Below are positions 25,301 to 35,450 of a DNA stretch of 64,000 bases, one piece after another. A model generated the notes under the pieces. The model was given only the letters and a program-made list of their open reading frames with translations, was not told the origin of the DNA and ran no database searches. This stretch comes from Tubiluchus corallicola (taxonomy: Eukaryota; Animalia; Priapulida). Position 1 is the first letter of the stretch. Every line of letters starts with the position of its first letter. Position numbers and translations under genes: made by a program. The DNA lies in contig JAQGDQ010000541.1 of NCBI GenBank assembly GCA_030141605.1, positions 62,001-126,000 on the forward strand, read 5' to 3'.

Positions 25301-27154
25301 ATTTCTTTGAAAACTGTTATTTAGTGCTCGACCTTTATAATCAGTCAAGGCATTACTACTTGGTTTCTGTACATCTTTGCCAAATTTAACAAAAGAAGGT
25401 ACATGAGAAGTCTCATCCATACTACTAACATTCATATGATGTTTCTCAGGAGCAACTTGTGCAGGTTGAGAAGTACTCTTTACATAATCAAATGGTTGTA
25501 TGGATGTCAGGTAATTATTACCTAAACAAAAGTCGCAAGGGAGTCCTTTAATAACTGCTACCAGGAGCCAACCATTCAGTTTGTGACTACAAACAGGGAC
25601 CCTAGCTAGAGGAATTCGACGAAGGTCGCCATGACAACAGCGGATTCCAACAGTTTCTCCAAGATACTGTTCATTTTTTACAAATTCAGGACGTATAAGG
25701 CTATCGTCTGAGCCAGTATCCCGTAAGCCTACTGCTATTCGACTGTTGATCATAACCTCAAACTCGTGATTTTCTTGTAATGCTCCATCTTGAGTATTTG
25801 AAAGTGTGAAATTTGGAGTAATGGTTCCCTCACTTTCGTTTTCACTATAGCATTGTTTCTTAAAATCACCTCTAGGTTTTTGCTTCTTGTTTGAGTCATT
25901 TTGAAAAGCTTGTGTGGACTCTTGCTTTTTCACTGGGCAGTCGAGCTTCACATGCCCTGTTTTCCCACAATGGTAACATTTAGGGCGAGCATTGCCCTGT
26001 GATTCATGATCCGAATCATTGTTTTTAGCATTGCCACGTGTCCTTTTAGATGATTCATTTTTCTGCAAAACTGCTGCATCATTAAATGAGCTCCAATAGT
26101 TGTCTGCTTGCTCCGCTATTTGTAAGTATGACATGTGAGGTAGCCTACGAAGATAAGAAACCATGTCTTCTGGGAGCTTAGACAATGCTTGTTCAAGAAA
26201 GAAGAGATCTCCAATTTGCTCTTTGGATTCTGCATTCGCTGCTTTAAGCCATTGCATGCCCGCTTTACGCACTCTGTTAAAGTAACTTCTGTGCGTTTCC
26301 TTTTTCAGTTTACATATGTTTCTGAATGCCGTGCGATATGCATCCTTCGACAATTTGTATGCATTCAAAATTTGCACCTTAACAACATCATAATTGAATA
26401 TTTGAGACTGATTAACATCTTGCAAAGCTAAGGCAGCACGACCCGACAGAACTCTAGCCAAGTTAGGAACATACTGCGAAATTGGGACTTTGTTGACTCG
26501 CATACAGATTTCGAATTGATCTAAAAACGACAAAATATCTTCTGTTTTTTCATCAAAATTTCTGAATTTGATTATTGTGCTTTTGTCTTGTGTAGCATTT
26601 ACTGTTGTTTGCAAATTGTTTACTACATTAGACGTCGTCTGCATTTGTAACTTCAGTTTTTCCAGCTCAATTTTTTGTGTTTCTAAAATCAGCTGTTGGT
26701 GTTTAATTTTTAGTTCCTGTTCTGATAATTTAATATCAGGCTGCGCATGCGCATACATAGGCATTTGACCAGGTTCTTGAACTGCAAATGGATCCAATTC
26801 AGGCAAAGTAGGGGGTGCAGTTGATACAGTAGGTGAGCTAAAAGCCTTAAATTCTTTATTTGGGGCCGCTTTAGGAGTAGAACTTGCAACATCAGCCCTA
26901 TCAAATTCTATTTGACCTGCAACACCTGTCGCTGCATTTGCTGGCTTTGCTGAATTTAATAATGATTGCATATTTGACAGAGCAAAATCAAGTGGATCTG
27001 AAATTGAAATCTGTTGTGTTTCAAGAATTAATTGCACAATGTTTTCTTTTCTGGCTTTTGGGTCTATAACCAAACCCATGTCACCTGCTATGTCAAATAA
27101 TTCACCTTTGATCATTTTACGCAACTCTTCAGCTGTAAAAAGTTTACTAGCCAT
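22334..27154 (-). CDS. Gag-pol polyprotein: SCAN-like capsid, CCHC knuckle, aspartic protease, integrase, reverse transcriptase, RNase H
   Basis: CYHCGKTGHVKLDC; LRDTGS; H..H..CPIC plus IDLIGP/SDQGTQF/ERFNG; MPFGL, YIDD; TDAS..GIG, EKELLAI, ADALSR. Confidence 0.95.
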   Translation of the reverse strand: MASKLFTAEELRKMIKGELFDIAGDMGLVIDPKARKENIVQLILETQQISISDPLDFALSNMQSLLNSAKPANAATGVAGQIEFDRADVASSTPKAAPNKEFKAFSSPTVSTAPPTLPELDPFAVQEPGQMPMYAHAQPDIKLSEQELKIKHQQLILETQKIELEKLKLQMQTTSNVVNNLQTTVNATQDKSTIIKFRNFDEKTEDILSFLDQFEICMRVNKVPISQYVPNLARVLSGRAALALQDVNQSQIFNYDVVKVQILNAYKLSKDAYRTAFRNICKLKKETHRSYFNRVRKAGMQWLKAANAESKEQIGDLFFLEQALSKLPEDMVSYLRRLPHMSYLQIAEQADNYWSSFNDAAVLQKNESSKRTRGNAKNNDSDHESQGNARPKCYHCGKTGHVKLDCPVKKQESTQAFQNDSNKKQKPRGDFKKQCYSENESEGTITPNFTLSNTQDGALQENHEFEVMINSRIAVGLRDTGSDDSLIRPEFVKNEQYLGETVGIRCCHGDLRRIPLARVPVCSHKLNGWLLVAVIKGLPCDFCLGNNYLTSIQPFDYVKSTSQPAQVAPEKHHMNVSSMDETSHVPSFVKFGKDVQKPSSNALTDYKGRALNNSFQRNQKEKSLVMTRAQTVELKKQLNKETSSVKSEIEFSSEIKQYASAEENYMFAIVSRHQLIEEQQNDVTIKNLFDHVVSGDTAVQDGKGYFLKQGILYRANKRKMGKTVDQLLVVPQCRRQQVLQLAHDSKAGAHLGVKKTRDRILFEYTWPGIHTAIKKYIQSCPICQKTARVMKGDRAKLKPLPVVEKAFQSLQIDLIGPLARTKSGNKWALVIVDQGTRYPDAFPIKNTESETIAKCLLQFISRHGCPESIQSDQGTQFCSNLIRQLEQAFHIKGITSTPYNPQSQGLCERFNGSLKRSIKKLTLSDKTMEWDDLIPFVLFAYREVPQESLQYSPFELVYGHQVTGPMALLRKRWGCDQPTSPQDIDDYVANIIDKLETVTQEAHEALRKAKIGQKDWYDQKARYRNLEVGQKVLVLLPTSRKKMERTWKGPYEIADKISEHVYSVIIGGKSRQVKQFHINLLKAWIPREERKALYTQTIPTLDVFTGQDELELDPEHESVSPMQRSQMEDHCFAPTSITPAQDVVIPDYLTDKQKNELRTTLEKFTPTFSDIPGRTNVVEHKIQLTTDNPVVQKPYRIPQAQKESVRQEIMDMERLGVIVKSDSPFSSPAVIVIKRDQSIRFCIDFRKINSITVFDPYPIPRMDETVDQLHGAMFITCLDMTKYYWQVNLEENSRPITAFVTEFGKHEFQVMPFGLCNSAATAQCLVDRVLEPVIGFASGYIDDVIIFSRSWQDHLYHIELVLTCLSNAGLTIKPLKCNFALQETHFLGYVVGGNLLKPQPEKILAIQNYKRTETKKQVRSFLGFVGFYRRFIPNFSAIATPLHTLTEKDKPNIVLWNAECEQSFTTLKDALNSNTVLHAPDFDKTFFLTTDASATGIGGQLTQMSDDRQEVPITYLSMKLTKYECNYSTVEKELLAIIFSIEKSSYYLVGRQFVIRTDAQSLAYLKQMKNANRRIARWNLLLQEYTFTVVHIKGKTNYCADALSRH

Positions 27155-27615
27155 GCTGACGTAAATATTGCGTGATCAAAGGACCAAATATTCAAAGAAA
27201 TGACTTCAAAGTTGTCAAAGTTATGTGCAAAAACTAACAGCACTGTTCAGTTAACAACTAGACCAGTAAAAATGGGCATTAATGCTTATAAAGAGCAAAT
27301 CAAAACTTCAATAAGTCAAGAAGTGAACACACGCCACCAGGTAAATGTTACAACCATGCAAAGTGAATATCAACAATTTCTGTACAACATTATAATCACT
27401 ATACTACAGGCTGATTTACTAATCTTTTCTGGGTCAAATTATTAATGCCAGCCAGTGAATAAAATTAATGCCAACGTGAAAAATACCAAGTTCATGTTTG
27501 CATCGGAATATAATTTCCGCAATAGGTTCAAGAAAACTACTTGTTCAAAATGCCTCTCCCTAATTTAAAGGCTTATACAAGGCACAGAGTAAAAAGCAGT
27601 TATATAAGACCATAA

Positions 27616-27625
27616 GCTGCCACCA
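27616..27625 (-). promoter_or_regulatory. Primer binding site, tRNA-Leu-like
   Basis: Minus strand TGGTGGCAGC 2 nt inside the 5' LTR, complementary to the ...GCUGCCA-CCA end of tRNA-Leu(AAG/TAG). Confidence 0.7.
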
Positions 27626-27627
27626 CT

Positions 27628-28811
27628 TGTGACGCCATGTCTATAGGTTACGTACTCTGAGTCTCAATGTCTTGAAAAGCAGGCACGACCGCCCTATAAA
27701 CGAGGTGTAACACGTGGTTCTGGGGTTCTATAGTGTTAGATAATTTACTACTAGAATCCTGGAGTCGGGCTAAGGCTTTGTTGTTTCATACGGGGGCACG
27801 CGGAACCCGAGCCTAGGAGTCTTAATGAGCTAGTAATATTCGATGGTAGATAGAATACCAAACCAACTATTAAGCTGTATATAACAAAATTTAATTGATT
27901 ACTACTTTAACCCGGAGAAAAGAAATAGCTAACAATAACAATTAATCACAGTACAGCAAATATATTCTCTAGTCTAATAATAGAGAAGGGAGGTGTTAGT
28001 GGGGGTAGCACGTGCAAATGATGACGCACTCTCGATGACGGCAATCCAACGATGACCATATAGAAACGGAATTATGCTAGCTAGCAAACACTGAGCAAAA
28101 GTACAAAAGTCTTGTCTTACCAGACACTCCATGAACATTGTGTGAAACTGCAGCTGCTAACCTGTGGGGTAACATCCATGGATTTACCAACTATGGTTTG
28201 CTCTACCAACAATGGACTGTCCACCATGAACTTTAGCGTGACTTCAGGTTTGAACGAATCCTCAGACAATGACGGTAACGGTAACCACCTCATCAAACCG
28301 AGACAACGTACTCGACAAAGACCCGTTAGCACTGTAAGCAATGGCTGTTGACAAAAGAAATAGTGACGTCTACTGCACTATAACATCGACGATGCTAATC
28401 GACATTTTTGACTGTCTTTTCACAGACATGTGAAAATCAGACGATGGTCATTTTACGTGACCTAGGCCTTTCAACAACGGCCGACTGACTGCCAGGTTGC
28501 ACGTCTCAGATTATATCTGTAACGTATGTATCATGTACACTTCATACCTGTACGGGTTTCACACATTTGAAATAAGCCGCGAGTATTGCAGGTATTGCAG
28601 AACACAACCACATGACGAGGGGGTGTTAGTAGGACTCCTACACTACTACACTAATTACGCTAACAATACAGTACTACTATAGTGACTAATTTAATGTAAG
28701 CAAATTACACTAGCAAGTGCTACCGCTATCACTATAAAGAACTTGACTGTGAAATGAAAAGGTGACAAACAAGTAAACAAAAATATCGTAAATAATAGAT
28801 GGTTTGTCACA
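27628..28811 (-). repeat. 5' LTR (1184 bp)
   Basis: TGTGAC...GTCACA inverted termini; direct repeat of the left LTR. Confidence 0.95.
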
Positions 28812-28850
28812 TATATCAGATTCTTTGGATGCATTGTAACGATTTATGAT

Positions 28851-29239
<389 letters not shown>

Positions 29240-29261
29240 GAAAGGGAGAGGGAGATGGAGA

Positions 29262-30575
29262 TTTGATTTGATTTAATTCTTTATTTCAAGCATAAGTTCA
29301 TATTATAATTTACATATATACAACATACAACATAATAAAAACAAAAAACTGATACAAACAAATCACACAAACTTAGGTAAGCATGAAAATTACAATAATA
29401 CTCTCCACCATTGCTGTCTTATGTGCGATGTAAATTTAGCATTGCTTACCAAAATTTTCTGGCACATTATATGATCACTAGAATCAAATCTTTTCATTAA
29501 ACTTAATACATCAGAATACATCACTAAAATGTCTCCAGGTAGACATGCAATGGAATGTATTACGGTAAGCATTAAATAGATATCTTTTAACATCAACAGA
29601 ACAATAGCTGAATTTTCTAATAAGTTGGTTTGTACGACAGTAGTATAAGGATCTTTGATTAACAATTTCAAGGTCATCTCGGTTATCATTTGAAATAATA
29701 TGTCCCAAATATTTTCCATTATCACAGGCATTAAAACATTATTATTTAGTTTGATGTTACCAAACGTAAAATTTCTCATGATGTTTGAATTAACAGACAT
29801 AAGTTTAGTTTTAGCCACATTGGTTTTTATGTCATACAGTTCAGCATACAATTTATACACATCTAGTAGTTGCTGTAGGGCCGTAATCGTTGTTGCTAAC
29901 AAACAAACACCGTCAGCATACATCAGGTGGTTCATATCATAACCATGTTCGAGACATTGCAATCAAGTTGGGTGGATGAAAGCTTAACACCTAGATCTTT
30001 AAAATAAAAATTAAAAAGAAAAGGTGACATCTTGCCACCTTGGCGTACTCCATTTCCAATATTAAAAGTTGTAGACTGGCTATGCCCCCACCTGACAGAC
30101 ATGCTTTGTTGGGTGTAATAAAATGTGAGCAAGCGGATTACAATACTCGGGATGGAAGTCCTTGTGAGTTTGGGAAAAAGCTTGAATAAATTAACCCTAT
30201 CAAATGCGTTTGACGCGTCGATAAAAACAATGTGAACAGAGCTATCACGACTAATGTAGTAGTCAATGATCTCCTTTAATGTGTTTATGCAAATTTCGGT
30301 GCCAAGTTTTTCTGCATAACCAAACTGATTAGGACTTGTTGGAATATACTGTTTGCATCTGTTAAGTAATAAAATTTCGAATATTTTGCTGGCAATAGAA
30401 GCTAGTGCAATTGGCCTTTTATCTTTTACTAGAGGAATTAATATAGACATCATCAGCGATTCAGGAAGAAAGCCGTGAATCAAACAGGAGCTGAATAACA
30501 AGGATAAAAGAACCGGTAACATTGAGGAAGAATACTCAAAATGTTCGGCCTGTATACCAGATTTATTCAAAGTTA
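29262..30575 (-). mobile_element. Degenerate 5'-truncated non-LTR retrotransposon (RT fragment; RTE-X-like by recollection)
   Basis: Frameshifted RT motifs RPIALAS, NQFGY, FIDASNAFD, GVRQGGKMSPFLFN, HLMYADG; 3' end with AATAAA and (TCAAA)n tail. Confidence 0.85.
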
Positions 30576-32166
30576 GTGAGAGAGAGAGAAAGGAAGAGAG
30601 AAAGAGGGAGAGAGAGAGAGAGAGGCGAGATAAACGAATTAATAGTTAATAAGTGGTAGCAAAATTCTAAATTCTAATTATAATTACATGGCGAGATAAT
30701 GTTTTACTATGACTCAAAGGCCAAATGCCACCGTGCTTATTCTCAAATGTAAAAGCTAAAATGAGTAAAATGAATAGATTTATGCATAAGCACTGCAATC
30801 GCTACAACTAATTAAACAACTTGAAACCTGTTCTTAAGAATTGAAGCCTAGTCACATATTTTAACGAAAATTTCGAAATTTCATAGCAAATTGTACGCTT
30901 GCTTTTGTAAAACTCAAAAAAACTGCTAATTCATTTAAAGTCCTTTTATGTGACAGGCACATAGAAATAATAACACTAATAATAATAACAGTAATGAACA
31001 TACTGTCTGTAGCAGCTGCTATTTCATCCATGTTAGATTTTCACGGCAAGTTTGTACAGTGTAATATTCTGGTAACACAATTAGTCCAGAGACTAGATCT
31101 GGAATGAAAATTAAAATTAGAAAAAAATATTGCACAACGATCAAGTACATTTAAAATACAGGAACTGCCAAAAAATCTAAGCTAATTTGAAAACGGTATG
31201 CATTTCATAGTTTCTTTTCAATTCAAATTCGTTAGGCAACATATAGGCCTATAACTGTAATTAATTGAAAAGAGAAAATTGTATAAGTTTATGCTAAAGT
31301 TTCTAAGAACGATGATGTAACGTGTGCAATTTGTACAACTTTATGTTAACAGTAGCGAGTCAAGCGAGATTTGTACAACAAGGAAATTCACACTGTCAAA
31401 ACAACCAAATGACTATATGAGAAAGTCTGCAAAAAGGATGTAAAAGATCGGAAGTTTCTTGATGCACCTTTCGATTTTGCAATAACTATAGTAATAATTG
31501 ATGTCCTTTATATTCCCACTCAAAATCCTGTTATATTTTGCTATTTTTCTGTAACTAACATGCTGGACTTAGCTGCGTGCTGGTTGAAGTTGTACACATT
31601 CTTTTTGAAGACTTTTTCAAATGTTCGTTTTCGTGGTGAGAACTTTTTCTAGCATACAACAAATTCCTATTATTTATAACAAGATTTTAACCTAGAGATA
31701 AGGAAAGTAAAATGATAAACTCACTGGAGGTCACATTACACCTGTAATTATAGGATATCAACTGATGATGAAACACTGCCATTCCGAAATGTATTGAAAT
31801 ATTTTATTAAAATTTTAACAGTGCAAAATGCATATCTTTATTTATGTTTTCCTCTAACTTTAACATTAACTGTAGCATTTTGGTTGGCCAGCTATAATGG
31901 ATGAACCCTGGACTCCCTTGGACACTGGGAGTAGCAATGACTGAATGTTCTAAGGCGTTTGTTAAATTGTTAAGTTTTTTTAACAATAATAATTTTTTAA
32001 CAGTAAGAAGTTTTGGACGATAACTCATGCTTTTTGCGCACCGTGTCTGGTGTTACATGAGATTGTTGCAAAAAAGTAACTAATTAAATACATAAAAACA
32101 TAAATACTATTGTAAAGTTGCTGCACTAACCTTTGACCTGCTTAAAAACAGGCTTGCTGATAACTG

Positions 32167-32206
<40 letters not shown>

Positions 32207-32908
32207 CCCTCGCTCTCGAAGAGGCTCGATTTCGATGTGTATCTTGATCTTAAAGCAGTAATTAAAGTGCTGGCGTCTGTATACTTCTTCATATTATAGG
32301 CTTTCTTTTAATCCGGTTGCTCAGTGTGCATGCGTCTGAGCATTTGTGCAGGTAATGAAGATTGCACGTGATAGAAACTACATCAAAATGATTCAGAAAA
32401 CTACTGAAGCGAATTGGGCAAGTAATTGAATAGTGTGTAGCGGCCAGCTGGAAAGTCCTTAAAAACGCAACAATTTCTCCATTAAGCAATTGTATTTTTT
32501 ACTTTGTTTCTATAATATGATTACACTGCAGACAGTAATTTAACAAACCAGAATCATTTTAGTAAATTAAGTCGCTAAAACTAGCATTAAAGCCGCGTCA
32601 TCCAGGTCATCCATCCGTTTACTGTCCAGCTTCAGTGTTGGTCAATTTGATGCTAAATACACGCTAAATACACGCTACTTTTCTCGGCTTTAATTCTAGT
32701 ATGTTAATATGTTAATTTTATGAGAAAAATGAAATTATTTATCATTTAGTGGTAGGCCCAAAGTACAGAGTCCATTAGGCCCAAACAATTTATTAATTTA
32801 CTGAAATCAAACTGCAAACCAACTATGCAAATTACTGGGAGGAGACGCCGACAAAGAAACTGGTAAAAACGTTATGAAGTTACGAACTTCATAGAAGAAT
32901 AATACTTA

Positions 32909-33490
32909 TTGCTAATGAAAAATCCCATTAAAAGAGCAAACTTTACAAAGTTGCGTATTAGCTCACACAACCTCCTTACTGAGAAAGACCGCCACACCAA
33001 ACCTAAAATCCCCCTTAACAACAGACTATGCCATCTTTGTAAAGATAAAAAAATTGATGACGAAAAGCATTTAGTTCTTGAATGTAACTACTATAAAGAT
33101 TTAAGACATAGCCTGCTTTCTCATGTCAATGAAATTTCCCCAAACTTTGTTAATCTGACGGTAAAGGAAAAATTTATATTTCTAATGAAAGGAAATGAAT
33201 ATGAACTTGCAAATTTAATTTCAAACTATATTACAGACTGTTTTAAAAGAAGAAAATAAAATCGTAGACACAGAAAATCACATTCAGTTGATACCAAAAG
33301 TACATTATAATTATATGATTTTTGTAAAGTGTAAATATTATTTACTGTTTAACCTCTATTGTATGTTTTACTGTTTCAATAATAATGACGATTATACCCA
33401 AGTGTTGGGATGCTTTGTGTGATGTGTGATTTTTTTTCATGTTCATTGCACTGTATAGTGTTTGTGCCGTTCGTCAATAAACTATAATCT
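32909..33490 (+). mobile_element. LINE 3' fragment with C-terminal CCHC motif
   Basis: LRISSHNLLTEKDRH...RLCHLC...DDEKHLVLEC..Y, then AT-rich 3' UTR and AATAAA at ~33476. Confidence 0.7.
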
Positions 33491-33621
33491 ATTTTTATCA
33501 AGTAACCGAGTAGTTAATTAAATTTCACTTTATACATGTAGCAAAATGTATGCATTATGCTCCTTGATTAAGCAAATAAAAACAGAAGAAAGAGAAGAGA
33601 ATCATAGCGAGAAACCGTTCA

Positions 33622-33859
33622 AAGTTCTCATAAAGTTGAACATATGCTGCGTCTTAATTAATTGAGATAGTTAATCAGCTGTTTTCAGGTCACCTGCCGT
33701 TAATTCTGAAGTTCTCATAAAGCTGAACAAATGCTGCGTCTTAATTAATTGAGAAGGTTAATCAGCTGTTTTCAAGTCACCTGCCGTTAATTCTGAAGTT
33801 CTCATAAAGCTGAACAAATGTTTCGACTTAATTAATTGAGATAGTTAATCAGCTGTTTT
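33622..33859. repeat. 87-bp tandem repeat, 2.7 copies
   Basis: Units start at 33622, 33709 and 33796. Confidence 0.9.
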
Positions 33860-33934
33860 AACCTAGCCACTGGGGGAGGGGGGTCAAGCCAGCCCAACTC
33901 AGTGCCGGTCCCAAGCCCGGATAAATAGGGAGGG
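33859..33934 (+). ncRNA. Twister self-cleaving ribozyme (P1 stem missing)
   Basis: U|AA-CCUA-GC-[P3 cacuggg..cucagug]-CCGG-UCCCAAGC-CCGG-AUAAA-UAGG-GAGGG: P2, P3, P4, L4 and both pseudoknots can form. Confidence 0.85.
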
Positions 33935-34216
33935 TTAGGGTCAGGAAGGGCATCCGCCTGTAAAAACTGCGCCAAAACCTTCTATGAATGAGTCGGTGAG
34001 ACTTAAAGGGAAAGTCCACAAAGAAGTGGTCAGACCCGCTCTAATCTATGGGCTGGAAGCAGCTTCTCTAAAGACCGAAGAGAAGAAAATGGGTGTGGTG
34101 GAGATGAGGATGTTGAGATGAATGGTGGGAATAACAAGAAGAGATAAAATTAGAAATAATAATATCAGAGGAACAGTAAAAGTAGTGGAAGCCTCGCAAG
34201 ATTGCAAGAAGAAGAA
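33860..34216 (+). mobile_element. Internally deleted non-autonomous RTE-clade retroposon
   Basis: RTE-type 5' UTR (..gtcaggaagggcatccg..taaaa), RTE ORF C-terminal piece (KGKVHKEVVRPALIYGLE..GITRRDKIRNNNIRGT), (GAA)n tail, TSD gttaatcagctgtttt at 33844-33859 and 34217-34232. Confidence 0.85.
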
Positions 34217-34232
34217 GTTAATCAGCTGTTTT

Positions 34233-34307
34233 AGTAGTAGTAGTAGTAGTAGTAGTAGTAATACTAGTAGTAGTAGTAGCAGTAGCAGTAGCAGTAGCAG
34301 TAGCAGT

Positions 34308-34339
<32 letters not shown>

Positions 34340-34585
34340 CAGTAGTAGTAGCAGCAGTAGTAGTAATAGTAGTAATAGTAGAGTAGTAGGAGTAGAAGTA
34401 GTAGTAGTAATAGTAGTAGTAGTGGTGGTAGTGGGGTAGTGTTAGTTGTGTTGGTTTTGGTGTTGGTGGTGTTGATGTTGGTGTTGGTGTTGGTGTTGGT
34501 GGTGGTAGTGGTGTTGGTGTTGGTGTTGGTGGTGGTGGTGGTGTTGGTGGTAGTGTTGGTGGTAGTGTTGGTGGTAGTGGTAGTT
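34233..34585. repeat. Compound (TAG)/(CAG)/(GGT) microsatellite
   Basis: Directly visible. Confidence 0.9.
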
Positions 34586-35269
34586 GTGTAATTGTAATAG
34601 TGACTGCAGTCGAGATTTGTAGCATGCACGAACACAACCAACATTAGTGACTTGACGTGTAGGTTTATAAAGTACATTTTAGAGAGTATAATCTGCAGAT
34701 CTATATCAGATCTAGATAAGGTACATGTTATTACGCTCGTAATCTGGCTAGGCCCAGGTTGATTTTTGCACCTGTCCATTATTTTTAATTACTTTCTCTG
34801 AAATGCACCTGCAATGGGCTTCTTACGTGCGACATGCAAGATTACAGACAGGTAAATAAAATAACCTATAGAATAAAAATCCTGACATTTTCAGGAATAA
34901 TTGTTGACAAAATCAGCACCTGTCGCGTGTTTAAATGGAGCTTGAAGTTTGCAAATATTTATCGCTGAGATTTTGCAACCAGCCAGATTAAACGCGCAAG
35001 TCTAATCCACTTCATGACCAAATCAATCATAAAAAAGTAATTAGAGAGGAATAGAATTATTAGAACACTAAGTGACGACGTATGTAAAAGTAGAAAGTTA
35101 TGAGAAAACTGCTTTACAATTTACCAGTTACTTGTTTCTTTGTCTGTTTGTCTGTCTGCCTGTTTGTTTGCTTGTTTACTATTTTCGCTTTTTTAGTTAT
35201 TTATACTCATTGACTACCAATTGTATAGACAGCAAAAGTATCCAAGAAAAAGCTGACAAAAGTCAACTA

Positions 35270-35450
35270 CCATCATCGTTATCATCATCATCATAATTAT
35301 CGTCATCGTCGTCGTCGTCGTCATCATCATCATCATCAGTCATCGTAATCATCATCATCACCATCATCACCATCATATCATCATCGTCGTCGTCATCATC
35401 GTCGTCGTCGTCATCCTCATCGTCGTCATCACCATTATCATCATCATCAT
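35270..35450. repeat. (CAT)/(CGT) compound microsatellite
   Basis: Directly visible. Confidence 0.9.

Larger units (their letters stand above)
20737..28811 (-). mobile_element. Full-length Gmr1-like Ty3/Gypsy LTR retrotransposon (~8.1 kb)
   Basis: Two near-identical LTRs, PBS, PPT and an uninterrupted 1606-aa gag-pol ORF; left boundary inferred because it lies in the gap. Confidence 0.93.

Noticed and set aside
22334-27154. Ty1/copia assignment based on INT-before-RT order
   Set aside because: RT and integrase motifs are gypsy-type; copia signatures such as GKGY and YVDD with LYGLKQ are absent.
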